This document shows, piece after piece, positions 9,701 through 17,163 of a DNA stretch of 17,776 nucleotides. This stretch comes from Candidatus Bathyarchaeota archaeon (GTDB lineage: Archaea; Thermoproteota; Bathyarchaeia; Bathyarchaeales; Bathycorpusculaceae): positions 1 to 17,776 of the forward strand of contig CAVYHV010000020.1 in assembly GCA_963768425.1 (NCBI GenBank), in the 5' to 3' direction. Under the pieces are notes generated by a model, which made no database searches, was not told the DNA's origin, and was given only the letters and a program-made list of their open reading frames with translations. The translations under genes and the position numbers were made by a program. Each line of letters begins with the position of its first letter. The stretch's first letter is position 1.

Positions 9701-10290
9701 TTTCTGTCTCAGGAAATACAGTCTCAGGAAGCATCCCCGTGTCTGCCCTATCTGGAACACCTATCGCGTTGGCGTGTCTAAACGATGTTTCTGTTTCAAG
9801 CAATTTTTTGCCGAACTCACCTATTGAATCTGGTTTTGATATGCCCGTCAACGTAACTGTAAAGAATAGCGGAGCAGCTTCTGAAATGGCAAATGTTCAG
9901 TTGTTCGCCAATTCAAATTCGATATTTAATGGGACTCTTAGTGTGGATAGTTTATCTTCAGGAGTTCTGGATTGCTCTGTTAACACTTCAAGCTTGCCGA
10001 TTGGTAACTACACGATTTCTGCGTCCGTTGTTCCTTCTGATGAACCAACAACGACCCCGAGCACTCTGTCTGGCGGATTGGTGGGTGTAACGTATTTGGG
10101 CGACTTGAACGGTGACTTCAAAGTTGACGCAAGCGATTTCTTCGCCTTTACAAGTGACTATATTACTTACTGGACTACTGGATACGCTACTCCCTTTGCA
10201 GACTTTAACCATGATGGCGCAATAGATGCATCTGATTTCTTCACCTTCATGAGCGCATATATCGCTTACTGGAGCTCTCTTAGCCACTAA
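6739..10290 (+). CDS. Secreted multidomain protein with C39-like cysteine peptidase domain and C-terminal dockerin-like module (1183 aa)
   Basis: Signal peptide MKKAAVVFIIGILCL. Two F..SGL...W.V repeats separated by a Pro/Thr linker, then Ig-like domains. Peptidase motifs LSVPYYDQGDTQWCTPTSVAMVMKYYG (Q559, C565), HTVVVTGY (H650), LYVNDP (D670). CARDB-like domain, then GDLNGDFKVDASDF ... ADFNHDGAIDASDF. Confidence 0.85.
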   Translation: MKKAAVVFIIGILCLSMFVVILPKEGKNSTPIIPVVKASLSYNVYFDQSGLPNAQWAVWGVMLDGQTLHSNDGGNSFSTIVFSEANGLSGTFYVIPPSGETASPSSGTVTVNGGDLNVQIIFDQSPVSTPTPTSSPTPTPATTATPSPIPTPTPTSTYNPNPTPTPTPTPGSQTYNALFVASGLNNAEIWSVNLNNYPVPEKSSNGLGTIVFSGIPNGGPFSFSITGPPGFVAKPSTGSFQVNYSDVNTVISFSPASGSCNLAIAAGSGGSVSFWSNPGYSGEVLSMQSQGINVPQGWQGNFIANADGSHVFNSWSTTGSVIASNPSTQTEIATVNGNGALTANFISISSTSLTFSPPAIYSGSPITCKATVSGSNPTGTITWTISDSNGYFTTYQTLLTSMTSSTTLTDTLNPISDITINAQYSGDSNNAPSFGFYDFNLISPPTPGDFGIYVQQPSTLVASPKEATAFVVIISSISGFNSPVSLTATTDSTDVTMTLSNPTITPPKDGLAQSSIEVSVISTALTSHIITITGTSQGISHSTTATLMVPFLSVPYYDQGDTQWCTPTSVAMVMKYYGVNLHPWDLANAFLEDHNGQGVGGLVINVPLMVAYFASFGLTTEYNFNVNLPNIEAMLNKNEPVILSSQSLQHTVVVTGYLDSGTDTTLYVNDPSGDLIFGLQLGGSSPYIQYPVPWSDLKSHIGLGSEIVGIAGTPDPPKGTLRFVGGGNAANGELQTISVDHLGTSQPSSDVYVWESGYNWVSGRAEGLIWLTSPNHQSSLDPQDTLYIKDTPIINPTSESESYTFEISFLKNGEEVFGKGGTIEVPAESWRDLPSSLSILKLSDILSQFGTYTIRLTLYTSSDSTLCDSIDLPSIDYNPETFSSAGIMYGGTIGTIVPSMDESVKATGISVGISGSSALDLTPITITSTDYGLVNPGTTSINLGDALYYDVQVQGISDGTATISITETSGQNIMQYWDGSEWVSASDVSVSGNTVSGSIPVSALSGTPIALACLNDVSVSSNFLPNSPIESGFDMPVNVTVKNSGAASEMANVQLFANSNSIFNGTLSVDSLSSGVLDCSVNTSSLPIGNYTISASVVPSDEPTTTPSTLSGGLVGVTYLGDLNGDFKVDASDFFAFTSDYITYWTTGYATPFADFNHDGAIDASDFFTFMSAYIAYWSSLSH
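7111..7250 (+). repeat. Pro/Thr/Ser-rich low-complexity linker (PT repeats)
   Basis: SPVSTPTPTSSPTPTPATTATPSPIPTPTPTSTYNPNPTPTPTPTP, encoded with degenerate codons. Confidence 0.85.
9460..10275 (+). repeat. C-terminal cassette copy 1 (beta domain + CARDB-like + dockerin-like)
   Basis: Colinear similarity with 12612..13430 in protein and DNA, e.g. YDV.VQGIS.GTAT.SIT, LGGTPIAL/LSGTPIAL, SGFD.PVNVT, VQLFANS, TSSLPIGNY, TYLGDLNGDFKVD, TYWTTGYA, YIAYWS. Confidence 0.9.
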
Positions 10291-10390
10291 GCTCGGCTAT
10301 GTTAGCGTTTGCATAAACTCAAAATATACCGCAGAAGTCAAATGATGCTCGACATCAGTCTTTCTTATTTTTTTCACTCAACAGCGTTCA

Positions 10391-10458
10391 TCTAAATAGG
10401 CCAATAGTTTATGCTTGATTCAACGTTTTCTATGGCGACATATGCTAAATACATCTTC
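10391..10458 (+). promoter_or_regulatory. Upstream region copy 2, shared with 6636..6703
   Basis: Identical 16-mer GTTTTCTATGGCGACA at 10425-10440. TAAATA at 10393-10398 and 10446-10451. Confidence 0.75.
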
Positions 10459-10463
10459 AATGC

Positions 10464-13445
10464 ATGTCTTTTTGTTCTATCAAAGAAAGGGAAAGGCGTG
10501 GATGCAATACGAAAGGATATGTTGCAATATCAATCTTAATATTTATCCTGTTTTTTTCGGTAATTTCTGAAATCCACGCTGATTACTATCCTTCTTTAAT
10601 AATTACTGTAAATGGCCAAGTTCTCGGAAATAGTCCAGTTCAAGTGGGTTCTGAAGCAGTTATTCAACTTTACTATTACAGCTCTGATTATGGTGGGTCC
10701 CCTTCTGCGTATGAGACGATAGCGGAAGCTTATGAACCAAGCTACACTCATGCGTATGGAGAAGTTTATGGGTTTGAAGGTCCATATGTATTTCAAGGTT
10801 TAGTGGCGGATGGATCTTGCGTTCAAGAAACTGAGCTTCTTAACGAAACTGGATGTTATTGGATAGCTTATGGCTTAACCCTAGATGGTCAAGAGGGAAA
10901 GACTGTCTATACAACTTACTTTATGGTTTCAAGTGGGCAAAACGCGTCAAGTGTCTCTGTTTCTTGTTCTCCCAACCCAGCTCCCGCAGGTTCTGCTGTC
11001 ACCTGCTCTGCTACTGTTTCAGGGTCTAACCCTACAGGCACCATAATCTGGAACACAAGCAGCACAACAGGAAGCTTCAGTTCAATTCAAACTAATCTTG
11101 TTTCTGGGACTTCCTCAACTACATATACAGACACAAGCCAAGGCACCGCGACGATTACAGCAAGTTATGGCGGAGACGAAAACAACGCCCAAAGCACAGG
11201 AAATACCACATTAACATTAACTCCTGAGAGACTTGATAGTTTTGCTATTAGCACCATTGGTTCGCAGATTGCTGGGGGGGCTTTTGCTGTGACTATTACG
11301 GCTAAAGATGCAAACGGTAACCCTTTCACCAGCTATACTGGTTCAGTTAGTTTGACTGATCTTTCTGGCTCAATTAGTCCTGAAAATACTGGAATGTTTA
11401 CTGATGGCGCCTGGACTGGTCAGGAGACTGTTACGAAGGCTAGTGCCAATGACGTTATTACGGTGACTGATTCAGCTTCAAGCATTACTGGGCAGAGCAA
11501 CGCCTTCACAGTGACGCCAGACTTCAAATTAGAAGTATCCCCCTCAACACTGTCTGCTCCGATAACAGGAATTGCCTCAGTTAGCGTACAGATTCTACCC
11601 CTCACTGGTTATGTAGGTAGCTACGTTGTGGTTGCCATTTCCAGCTTGCCAGATTGTTTAGAGGCGTTAAACCCTGGTCCAATTTTGGTTCCGGTTTCCT
11701 CGTCCTCGTCTCAAGCTGTCAATTTAGACTTCTATGTTAACTCACTTGCCCAGATTGACCAGTCTTATTCTTTTAACATCATAGCAAATGGAATTGTCTC
11801 CCGAGAAGTCACGATCTTAATTACAAAAACGGACGGCGTCCAAAACTCAATTTACTTTTCAAGTGTCAATCAAGGTTGGGATCCGCTTCTTCCTGCGTCG
11901 TTCTCAATCCAACAAAATTTCTTCTTGACTGTACCAAGTTCATCTGGAATTGACGGCAAATATTGGGTGCAAAATGTCATCGATGTCAAACAAAATGCGC
12001 TTGGGGATTATTCTGCTGCATGTTCTTTTCAAATATGGGATTATATAAATGGCGGAGGTAATTGGCTTCCCTTTGCGGGCAATCCTTGGCCATGGGGACT
12101 ATCTGGTCCTTTATTAGCGTTTGATCATCCCGTCAGTTTTCCAACAGGTTTCAGCTTTACATGTTCTCTTACCGGAAACCAATTATCGTTATCGAATACT
12201 CTTGCAAGTTGGTCTTGGACTATACCAACCCAAAATATCGCCAATGAACAAGAACCTGATAATGCATACATTCTAAATTACCCTGATGGGCAGAATAGCC
12301 TAGCTAAGCAATGCCCAGAGTTTGTGGTAGTTGGTGGGACGAATTCAGGTACGGCAGATTTCTACCATACAACTACAGGTAATATTCAGCCTACCGCTGA
12401 GTTAGGACAAACCTGGACAAGCTCAACTTCAACAGCTGCAGCACAAAGTGGATCCACAATGAGTGGCGAAAAATCGTCAGGTCTTACGTGGTCAATTAGT
12501 AGCAATACTGATAGCTTTTCCGATTCCTCTTCTGGTTCTGATGCAGGCGTTTTTTTCGCGCCCCAGAGCATTTCTTGTTTAATTGGTGGAACTGCGGGTG
12601 AAACCCAAGGTCCAATAAGTGCAAGCATATCAGACCCCTCTGCCACAGATGGGACTCCTGTAACTATAACCATGATACCTCTCGATATTCTTCCGCTTGG
12701 TATCGAAATTAACTCGCCTTATCCAACTTTCTATGACGTAAACGTTCAAGGTATTTCGGGTGGGACAGCAACGGTTTCTATTACAAACAGTGGTGTTACA
12801 TCTCTAACTTCGATGGAGTATTTGGTAGGAGGTCAATGGGTGTATGCAAGTGACGTCACTATTTCAGGAAACACCGTCACTGGAGAAATTCCTGTATCCG
12901 ACTTAGGAGGAACACCAATTGCGTTGACTCCTGTAAATGAAATTACTGTTTCAAATATTTTATTGCCTAACCCAATGGTTCAGTCCGGTTTTGATTTGCC
13001 AGTCAACGTGACCTTATGGAACAGCGGCAACGTCCTCGAAACTGCAAGTGTTCAGTTGTTTGCAAATTCGACTTTGATATATACTGGTATTCTTAATTTA
13101 GATAGCTTGTCTTCAGGTATTTTAAACTGCTCAATTGACACTTCTAGCTTGCCTATTGGAAACTACTCGATTACTGCTTCTGTCACACCCTCAGATCAAC
13201 CAACCGCGACATCAAGCGACATGTCTGCGGGTATGGTTGGGTTGACGTATTTGGGCGATTTGAATGGTGACTTCAAAGTCGATGGAAGCGATTTCTTGGC
13301 GTTCATGAGCGATTACGTTACTTATTGGACAACTGGTTACGCCAATCCCGCATCCGACTACAACCACAGCGGCATAATAGATAGCAGCGCCTTCTTTGAC
13401 TTCATGGATTATTACATAGCCTACTGGAGCCCAGGCGGACACTAA
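10464..13445 (+). CDS. Secreted multidomain protein with thermopsin-like (peptidase A5-like) domain and C-terminal dockerin-like module (993 aa; start uncertain)
   Basis: Hydrophobic signal YVAISILIFILFFSVISEIHA, then Ig-like domains. Thermopsin-like motifs SFSIQQNFFL, YWVQNV (11961), EFVVVGGTNSG and SGEKS. Same C-terminal cassette as the upstream gene, with GDLNGDFKVDGSDF and SDYNHSGIIDSSAF. Confidence 0.75.
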   Translation: MSFCSIKERERRGCNTKGYVAISILIFILFFSVISEIHADYYPSLIITVNGQVLGNSPVQVGSEAVIQLYYYSSDYGGSPSAYETIAEAYEPSYTHAYGEVYGFEGPYVFQGLVADGSCVQETELLNETGCYWIAYGLTLDGQEGKTVYTTYFMVSSGQNASSVSVSCSPNPAPAGSAVTCSATVSGSNPTGTIIWNTSSTTGSFSSIQTNLVSGTSSTTYTDTSQGTATITASYGGDENNAQSTGNTTLTLTPERLDSFAISTIGSQIAGGAFAVTITAKDANGNPFTSYTGSVSLTDLSGSISPENTGMFTDGAWTGQETVTKASANDVITVTDSASSITGQSNAFTVTPDFKLEVSPSTLSAPITGIASVSVQILPLTGYVGSYVVVAISSLPDCLEALNPGPILVPVSSSSSQAVNLDFYVNSLAQIDQSYSFNIIANGIVSREVTILITKTDGVQNSIYFSSVNQGWDPLLPASFSIQQNFFLTVPSSSGIDGKYWVQNVIDVKQNALGDYSAACSFQIWDYINGGGNWLPFAGNPWPWGLSGPLLAFDHPVSFPTGFSFTCSLTGNQLSLSNTLASWSWTIPTQNIANEQEPDNAYILNYPDGQNSLAKQCPEFVVVGGTNSGTADFYHTTTGNIQPTAELGQTWTSSTSTAAAQSGSTMSGEKSSGLTWSISSNTDSFSDSSSGSDAGVFFAPQSISCLIGGTAGETQGPISASISDPSATDGTPVTITMIPLDILPLGIEINSPYPTFYDVNVQGISGGTATVSITNSGVTSLTSMEYLVGGQWVYASDVTISGNTVTGEIPVSDLGGTPIALTPVNEITVSNILLPNPMVQSGFDLPVNVTLWNSGNVLETASVQLFANSTLIYTGILNLDSLSSGILNCSIDTSSLPIGNYSITASVTPSDQPTATSSDMSAGMVGLTYLGDLNGDFKVDGSDFLAFMSDYVTYWTTGYANPASDYNHSGIIDSSAFFDFMDYYIAYWSPGGH
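12612..13430 (+). repeat. C-terminal cassette copy 2
   Basis: Diverged direct repeat of 9460..10275. Confidence 0.9.
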
Positions 13446-13475
13446 ACTTAGGAATCTAAGCTCTTCATAATTGTG

Positions 13476-13868
13476 TTAGATTGCCACAACTATATTTTTT
13501 GCTCCTCGCTTTTTTGTTCTTTTGTTATCTTCTCTATTTTTCATAACTGTTTCCATAGACTTAACAGTTTTTAGGTAAATCTTCTTTTCCAAAGCAAAGT
13601 CGTTTGGCACTCCACCCACGTACCACGAGTGAAAATGGTAACAGTGATAGAAGAGGGTATTGTAGATTTCTCCCATTTGACCCACTGCTGTCTTCAATGC
13701 GTTAACGTTGTCAGTTTTCAGTCCATTAACTTGGACTATATCGACTTTCACACATTACCAAAGCAACTCTCCTGCCTCAGCGAGAGCATTAATCTCGCCA
13801 CTCTCCAAATATTCAGTGTATTCTTCTTTGCTTCGACCCAACAACTTGAAAAAATTATTATTGACCAT
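13476..13868 (-). pseudogene. Small helical protein gene with in-frame TAA; weak PaREP1/HEPN-like resemblance
   Basis: ATG 13868 reads MVNNNFFKLLGRSKEEYTEYLESGEINALAEAGELLW*CVKVDIV..., in frame with ORF 13476..13751. The stop is at 13755-13757. The family resemblance is by eye only. Confidence 0.5.
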
Positions 13869-14047
13869 TTAACTTCGAATGTTGAACAGATAGAAGAGTT
13901 AAGAACCTTCCTGTCTCAGAAGATTTTATGTTAATCAAATAGCCTACAATGAAAAGCAGTATAAAGAAAGTGTTGAAACTACACTTCATAGCAGTGGAGG
14001 CTTAGCTGAAACTAAGAAAGTGGAGTTTCAGGTAGTTGAATATTCCT

Positions 14048-14271
14048 TTACTCATCTGTACCTTTAATGTAAAAGATTCTATCCATCTTCTCGATATGTG
14101 GCTAAACAAACTGTTTCAGCACAAATCTCATCCCCACGATGTAGCCGACTTTGTAACGACTCTTGACCGTGGGATTTCTTAACATATTTTTCCAATACTC
14201 ACGCAAGTATTCGGGAAGTTGCTGAAGGCTTCCATAAACTCTTCTTCAGTTACAGGTTCTTCATTTTCCAA
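14048..14271 (-). pseudogene. Degraded small hypothetical gene
   Basis: AGGTGA RBS then TTG at 14271: MENEEPVTEEEFMEAF, a frameshift, then QQLPEYLREYWKNMLRNPTVKSRYKVGYIVGMRFVLKQFV*PHIEKMDRIFYIKGTDE*. Confidence 0.35.
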
Positions 14272-14453
14272 AATATCACCTGGGAACCTTAGTGTATCAT
14301 CAGCATCTAAAGTAGAATACAAAAGCTAAAACAATGCGACTGAATAATCAGTCTCACAAGCCTTTTATTGTTACGGATCAAAGAAAAGTCATTAGTGAAT
14401 AATGTGAAATCCGTAATTTGTAACTCAATTGTAAGGCAAATTTAAAGTACTTG

Positions 14454-15962
14454 TTACATGCCAACTTTGAGTCGACGGTAAGTCTGATAATCAACATATT
14501 CGATGAAGGGGTTTTCGGCTTGGAATCTGACGTTGACTTTCTGCTGCTTTCGTTTGTCGACAAGTTGCCTGGTGGTTCTGAGCAGGTATGCGTCGCTTCC
14601 GGCACCAGAACCGTAGCTGCCGACCAAAATCAGTTCTTCAGGCTTGGCGACGTCAAGGACAGCGGCTAAACTCAGGGGCACGCAGCCCGAGTAGGTGTTG
14701 CCGAATTTGTTAATCATGATCCCAGGCAGATACTGTTCTTCCTTAAAACCGAGTTCCTTGGCTATTCTGACTGGGAACTGAGGGTTAGGCTGATGCGCTA
14801 CGAAGTAGCCTATGTCGCTTGCTTTAAGGTTGAAGCGCTCCATGAGTTTGCATGTTGATTTGCGGACGTGTTTGAAGTACGCTGGGTCTCCTGTGAATCT
14901 TCCACCATGCATCGGAAAGGGTTCACCGTCTCTGCGCCAGAAATCAGGAGTGTCAGAGGTGCAGGAGTACCACCCTTCCATTTGGGCGATTACATCGTTT
15001 TTCCCGAAAATGAACGCTGCGCCACCGTAACCGACAAACGTGTCCAGTTCACCGCCGGGGCAGCCTCTTGGCGCTGCCTGCGAGTTATCTGCGCCGATAG
15101 CCATTGCGTATTTTATGCCTGAACGTGGGTAACTGACGAGGGCACATGCATCTTTGAACATGCTTGTAGCTGCTTTGCATGCAAACTCTGTGTCAACTGC
15201 GTCGACGCCTTGGATGTCGCCTTCTTCTTCGCCGAGTTTGAGCACTTGAGCTACTTTGGACGCGATAGGCTTAACTGAGTAGGGGTTGGATTCTGAGCCA
15301 ACGTAAACTTTGCCGACTAATCTGTTGTCGATGCCTGAATGAATTAAAGCAAGTTTTCCGGCTTCTACAGCCGCCGTTACTGAGTCTTCGTCGACGAATG
15401 GAACAGCGCGTTCTAACCCTGCTTCTTTTATTCGGAACTTTGAAGCGTAAACGCCGTATCCGACAACTCCTGGTAACTCGTACTCCTTGTTGGGTGAGGT
15501 TATGCGGTATTCTTGGTGGGGGTAGTACTCGTCAGCTAAAGTGAACGCCAAAGAAATGGTCGGGACGACTTCGCTCTTTCCAACCGAGTAGCGCCTGCGG
15601 AAACGGGGAACAACCTCTCTTCCCTCAAGGCTTGCCAAATCAACATCTTGGCCGTCGGCTATTAGTTGATCAGTTATTCTTCCCGGCACACGGATTTTGC
15701 CGTTGTGAAAAGAAATTATCCCGTAAACAAAGTTTTGGAATTTCATAAACTTGTTTGTGGGTTCATTGATGAAGGTGCATAACTCAAGTTTTCCCTTATC
15801 GTAAAATAGGTCGATACTATCCATTTTTCCGTAGCTCTTTCTGCCACAGTTGCTGCAGTAATCTCTGACTTCAAAGTATTCTTTACCACAGCTCTGACAT
15901 TGGCTCGCACGTAACCTGTCACCTAAATAAGAAACCCGTCGCTCTATTGGTTCACTGCTCAA
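14454..15962 (-). CDS. DUF35 (Zn-ribbon + OB-fold) fused N-terminally to hydroxymethylglutaryl-CoA synthase
   Basis: Residues 1-~145 carry CQSC...CSNC and an OB-fold ending in VVPRFRR. From about residue 165 it is archaeal HMG-CoA synthase: GVVGYG, EDSVT, GSES.PY, FACKAA (C262), DTPDFWRR, HGGRFTGDPAYF, HQPN, GNTYSG, SYGSGAGSDA. Confidence 0.92.
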   Translation of the reverse strand: MSSEPIERRVSYLGDRLRASQCQSCGKEYFEVRDYCSNCGRKSYGKMDSIDLFYDKGKLELCTFINEPTNKFMKFQNFVYGIISFHNGKIRVPGRITDQLIADGQDVDLASLEGREVVPRFRRRYSVGKSEVVPTISLAFTLADEYYPHQEYRITSPNKEYELPGVVGYGVYASKFRIKEAGLERAVPFVDEDSVTAAVEAGKLALIHSGIDNRLVGKVYVGSESNPYSVKPIASKVAQVLKLGEEEGDIQGVDAVDTEFACKAATSMFKDACALVSYPRSGIKYAMAIGADNSQAAPRGCPGGELDTFVGYGGAAFIFGKNDVIAQMEGWYSCTSDTPDFWRRDGEPFPMHGGRFTGDPAYFKHVRKSTCKLMERFNLKASDIGYFVAHQPNPQFPVRIAKELGFKEEQYLPGIMINKFGNTYSGCVPLSLAAVLDVAKPEELILVGSYGSGAGSDAYLLRTTRQLVDKRKQQKVNVRFQAENPFIEYVDYQTYRRLKVGM

Positions 15963-17163
15963 TCTTTCTTATCTCCTAAGATAGTTACGTACGCCTTCGT
16001 TCCGAAGCCTTCAAACTCCGACACGCATCCTGTTTTCGGTGAACCATTAACAAAGCTGACTTGCCGCGCCTCTGCTTGACCTTTCAGTTGGCGGTAAATC
16101 TCAAAAATCTGTGCTCCACCTGTGGCTCCAACTGGGTTTCCATCTGCTTTTAAGCCGCCGTCCGTGTTAACGAAAAGATGCTTGCCGTTTACTTCGTAAA
16201 AGTTCTTGTTGTTTTGGTAGCTTTCATGGATGTTTTTCCAAGCCGTTCCTGGCTCAATGAAGCCTAAGTCTTCAAGAGAAACAAGCTCCATCATCGTTGA
16301 CTGGTCATTTACTTCGATAACTTGAATGTCGGAAATAGGCATCCCTGACGTTTGAACAGCCTTTTTCATAGCGAGTTCAGCCGCCACGAAACGGGCAAAT
16401 CATCCCTAGCTGTGTAGTTCAAGTAGTCTGTTGCTGAACTGCAAGCTAAAACGTAAACCGGTTTGTCGTATCGTTTTTTGGCTGCTCCTTCGCTGGTCAG
16501 AATCAACGCTGATGCGCCATCAGAAATCGGTGCGAAATCGTACATGCCTAAAGGTTTATGCGCGTCTTTCCTTGCGTTCAAGACTTGATCCACCGTGATC
16601 AGTCTATGGTACTGCGCATACTTGTTTTTGGTTGCGTTTGCATGGTTCTTAACTGAAACTTGCGCTAAGGCAACATTGAGTTTTTCGAGGTTTTCACCTG
16701 TTATGTGATGCTTCTTTATGTAGGCTCTCAGCAGCAGTTCATGGTTGGCTTCTGGGGTGCCGCCTGCAAAGTAACTCCACGGATCTTCCAGAAGCATTAG
16801 GTCGTCCCGTATTTTATCCCAGCGGTCAGTCATTTTTTCTATGCCGCCGACGAGAACAGTATTGTAAACTCCAGCCTGAATCGCGTGGCACGCAGTTAAG
16901 AGGGCAGCGCTAAAAGACCGGGTAACTTCCATTGGCACATGCAATTCGGTAAGCTCCGAAAGGAAGCCTTCTTCCAAGCCTAACTTGTTTGTTATCGGGA
17001 GAAAGCAGTCTGACATGTAGCAGGCTTCAAGATCTTTGCGTTCTAAACTGCATTCGTTTGAAGCGGCAAGCCAAGCTTCTTCAATAAGTTTCTCGGGTTC
17101 TTTGCCGTAATGTTCCCCGAACTTGGTTCTGCCAACAGCAACGATCGCTGGACGATTCTGCAA
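15959..17163 (-). CDS. Thiolase-family protein (archaeal acetyl-CoA acetyltransferase-like), split by a one-base frameshift near 16393, catalytic residues apparently substituted
   Basis: ORFs 16366..17163 and 15959..16387 are the two halves of one thiolase (VGRTKFG, GGIEKM, KNHANA..N.YAQ, PISDGASALIL, EDLGF, NTDGGLKA.G.PVGATG). Adding one base at TTG CCC GT TTC GTG restores about 401 aa. Its TGA overlaps the TTG of the next gene (TTGA). Confidence 0.85.

Noticed and set aside
9460-13430. Diversity-generating retroelement template/variable repeat pair
   Set aside because: Both copies are coding, the differences are not adenine-specific, and there is no reverse transcriptase in the window.
13755-13757. 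Stop-codon recoding (Sec/Pyl) in the HEPN-like gene
   Set aside because: The stop is TAA, not TGA or TAG, so a nonsense mutation is the simpler explanation.
5862-14393. attL/attR pair from the shared AAGTCATT near 5863 and 14386
   Set aside because: Only 8 bp of AT-rich identity and no tRNA nearby, so it is compatible with chance.
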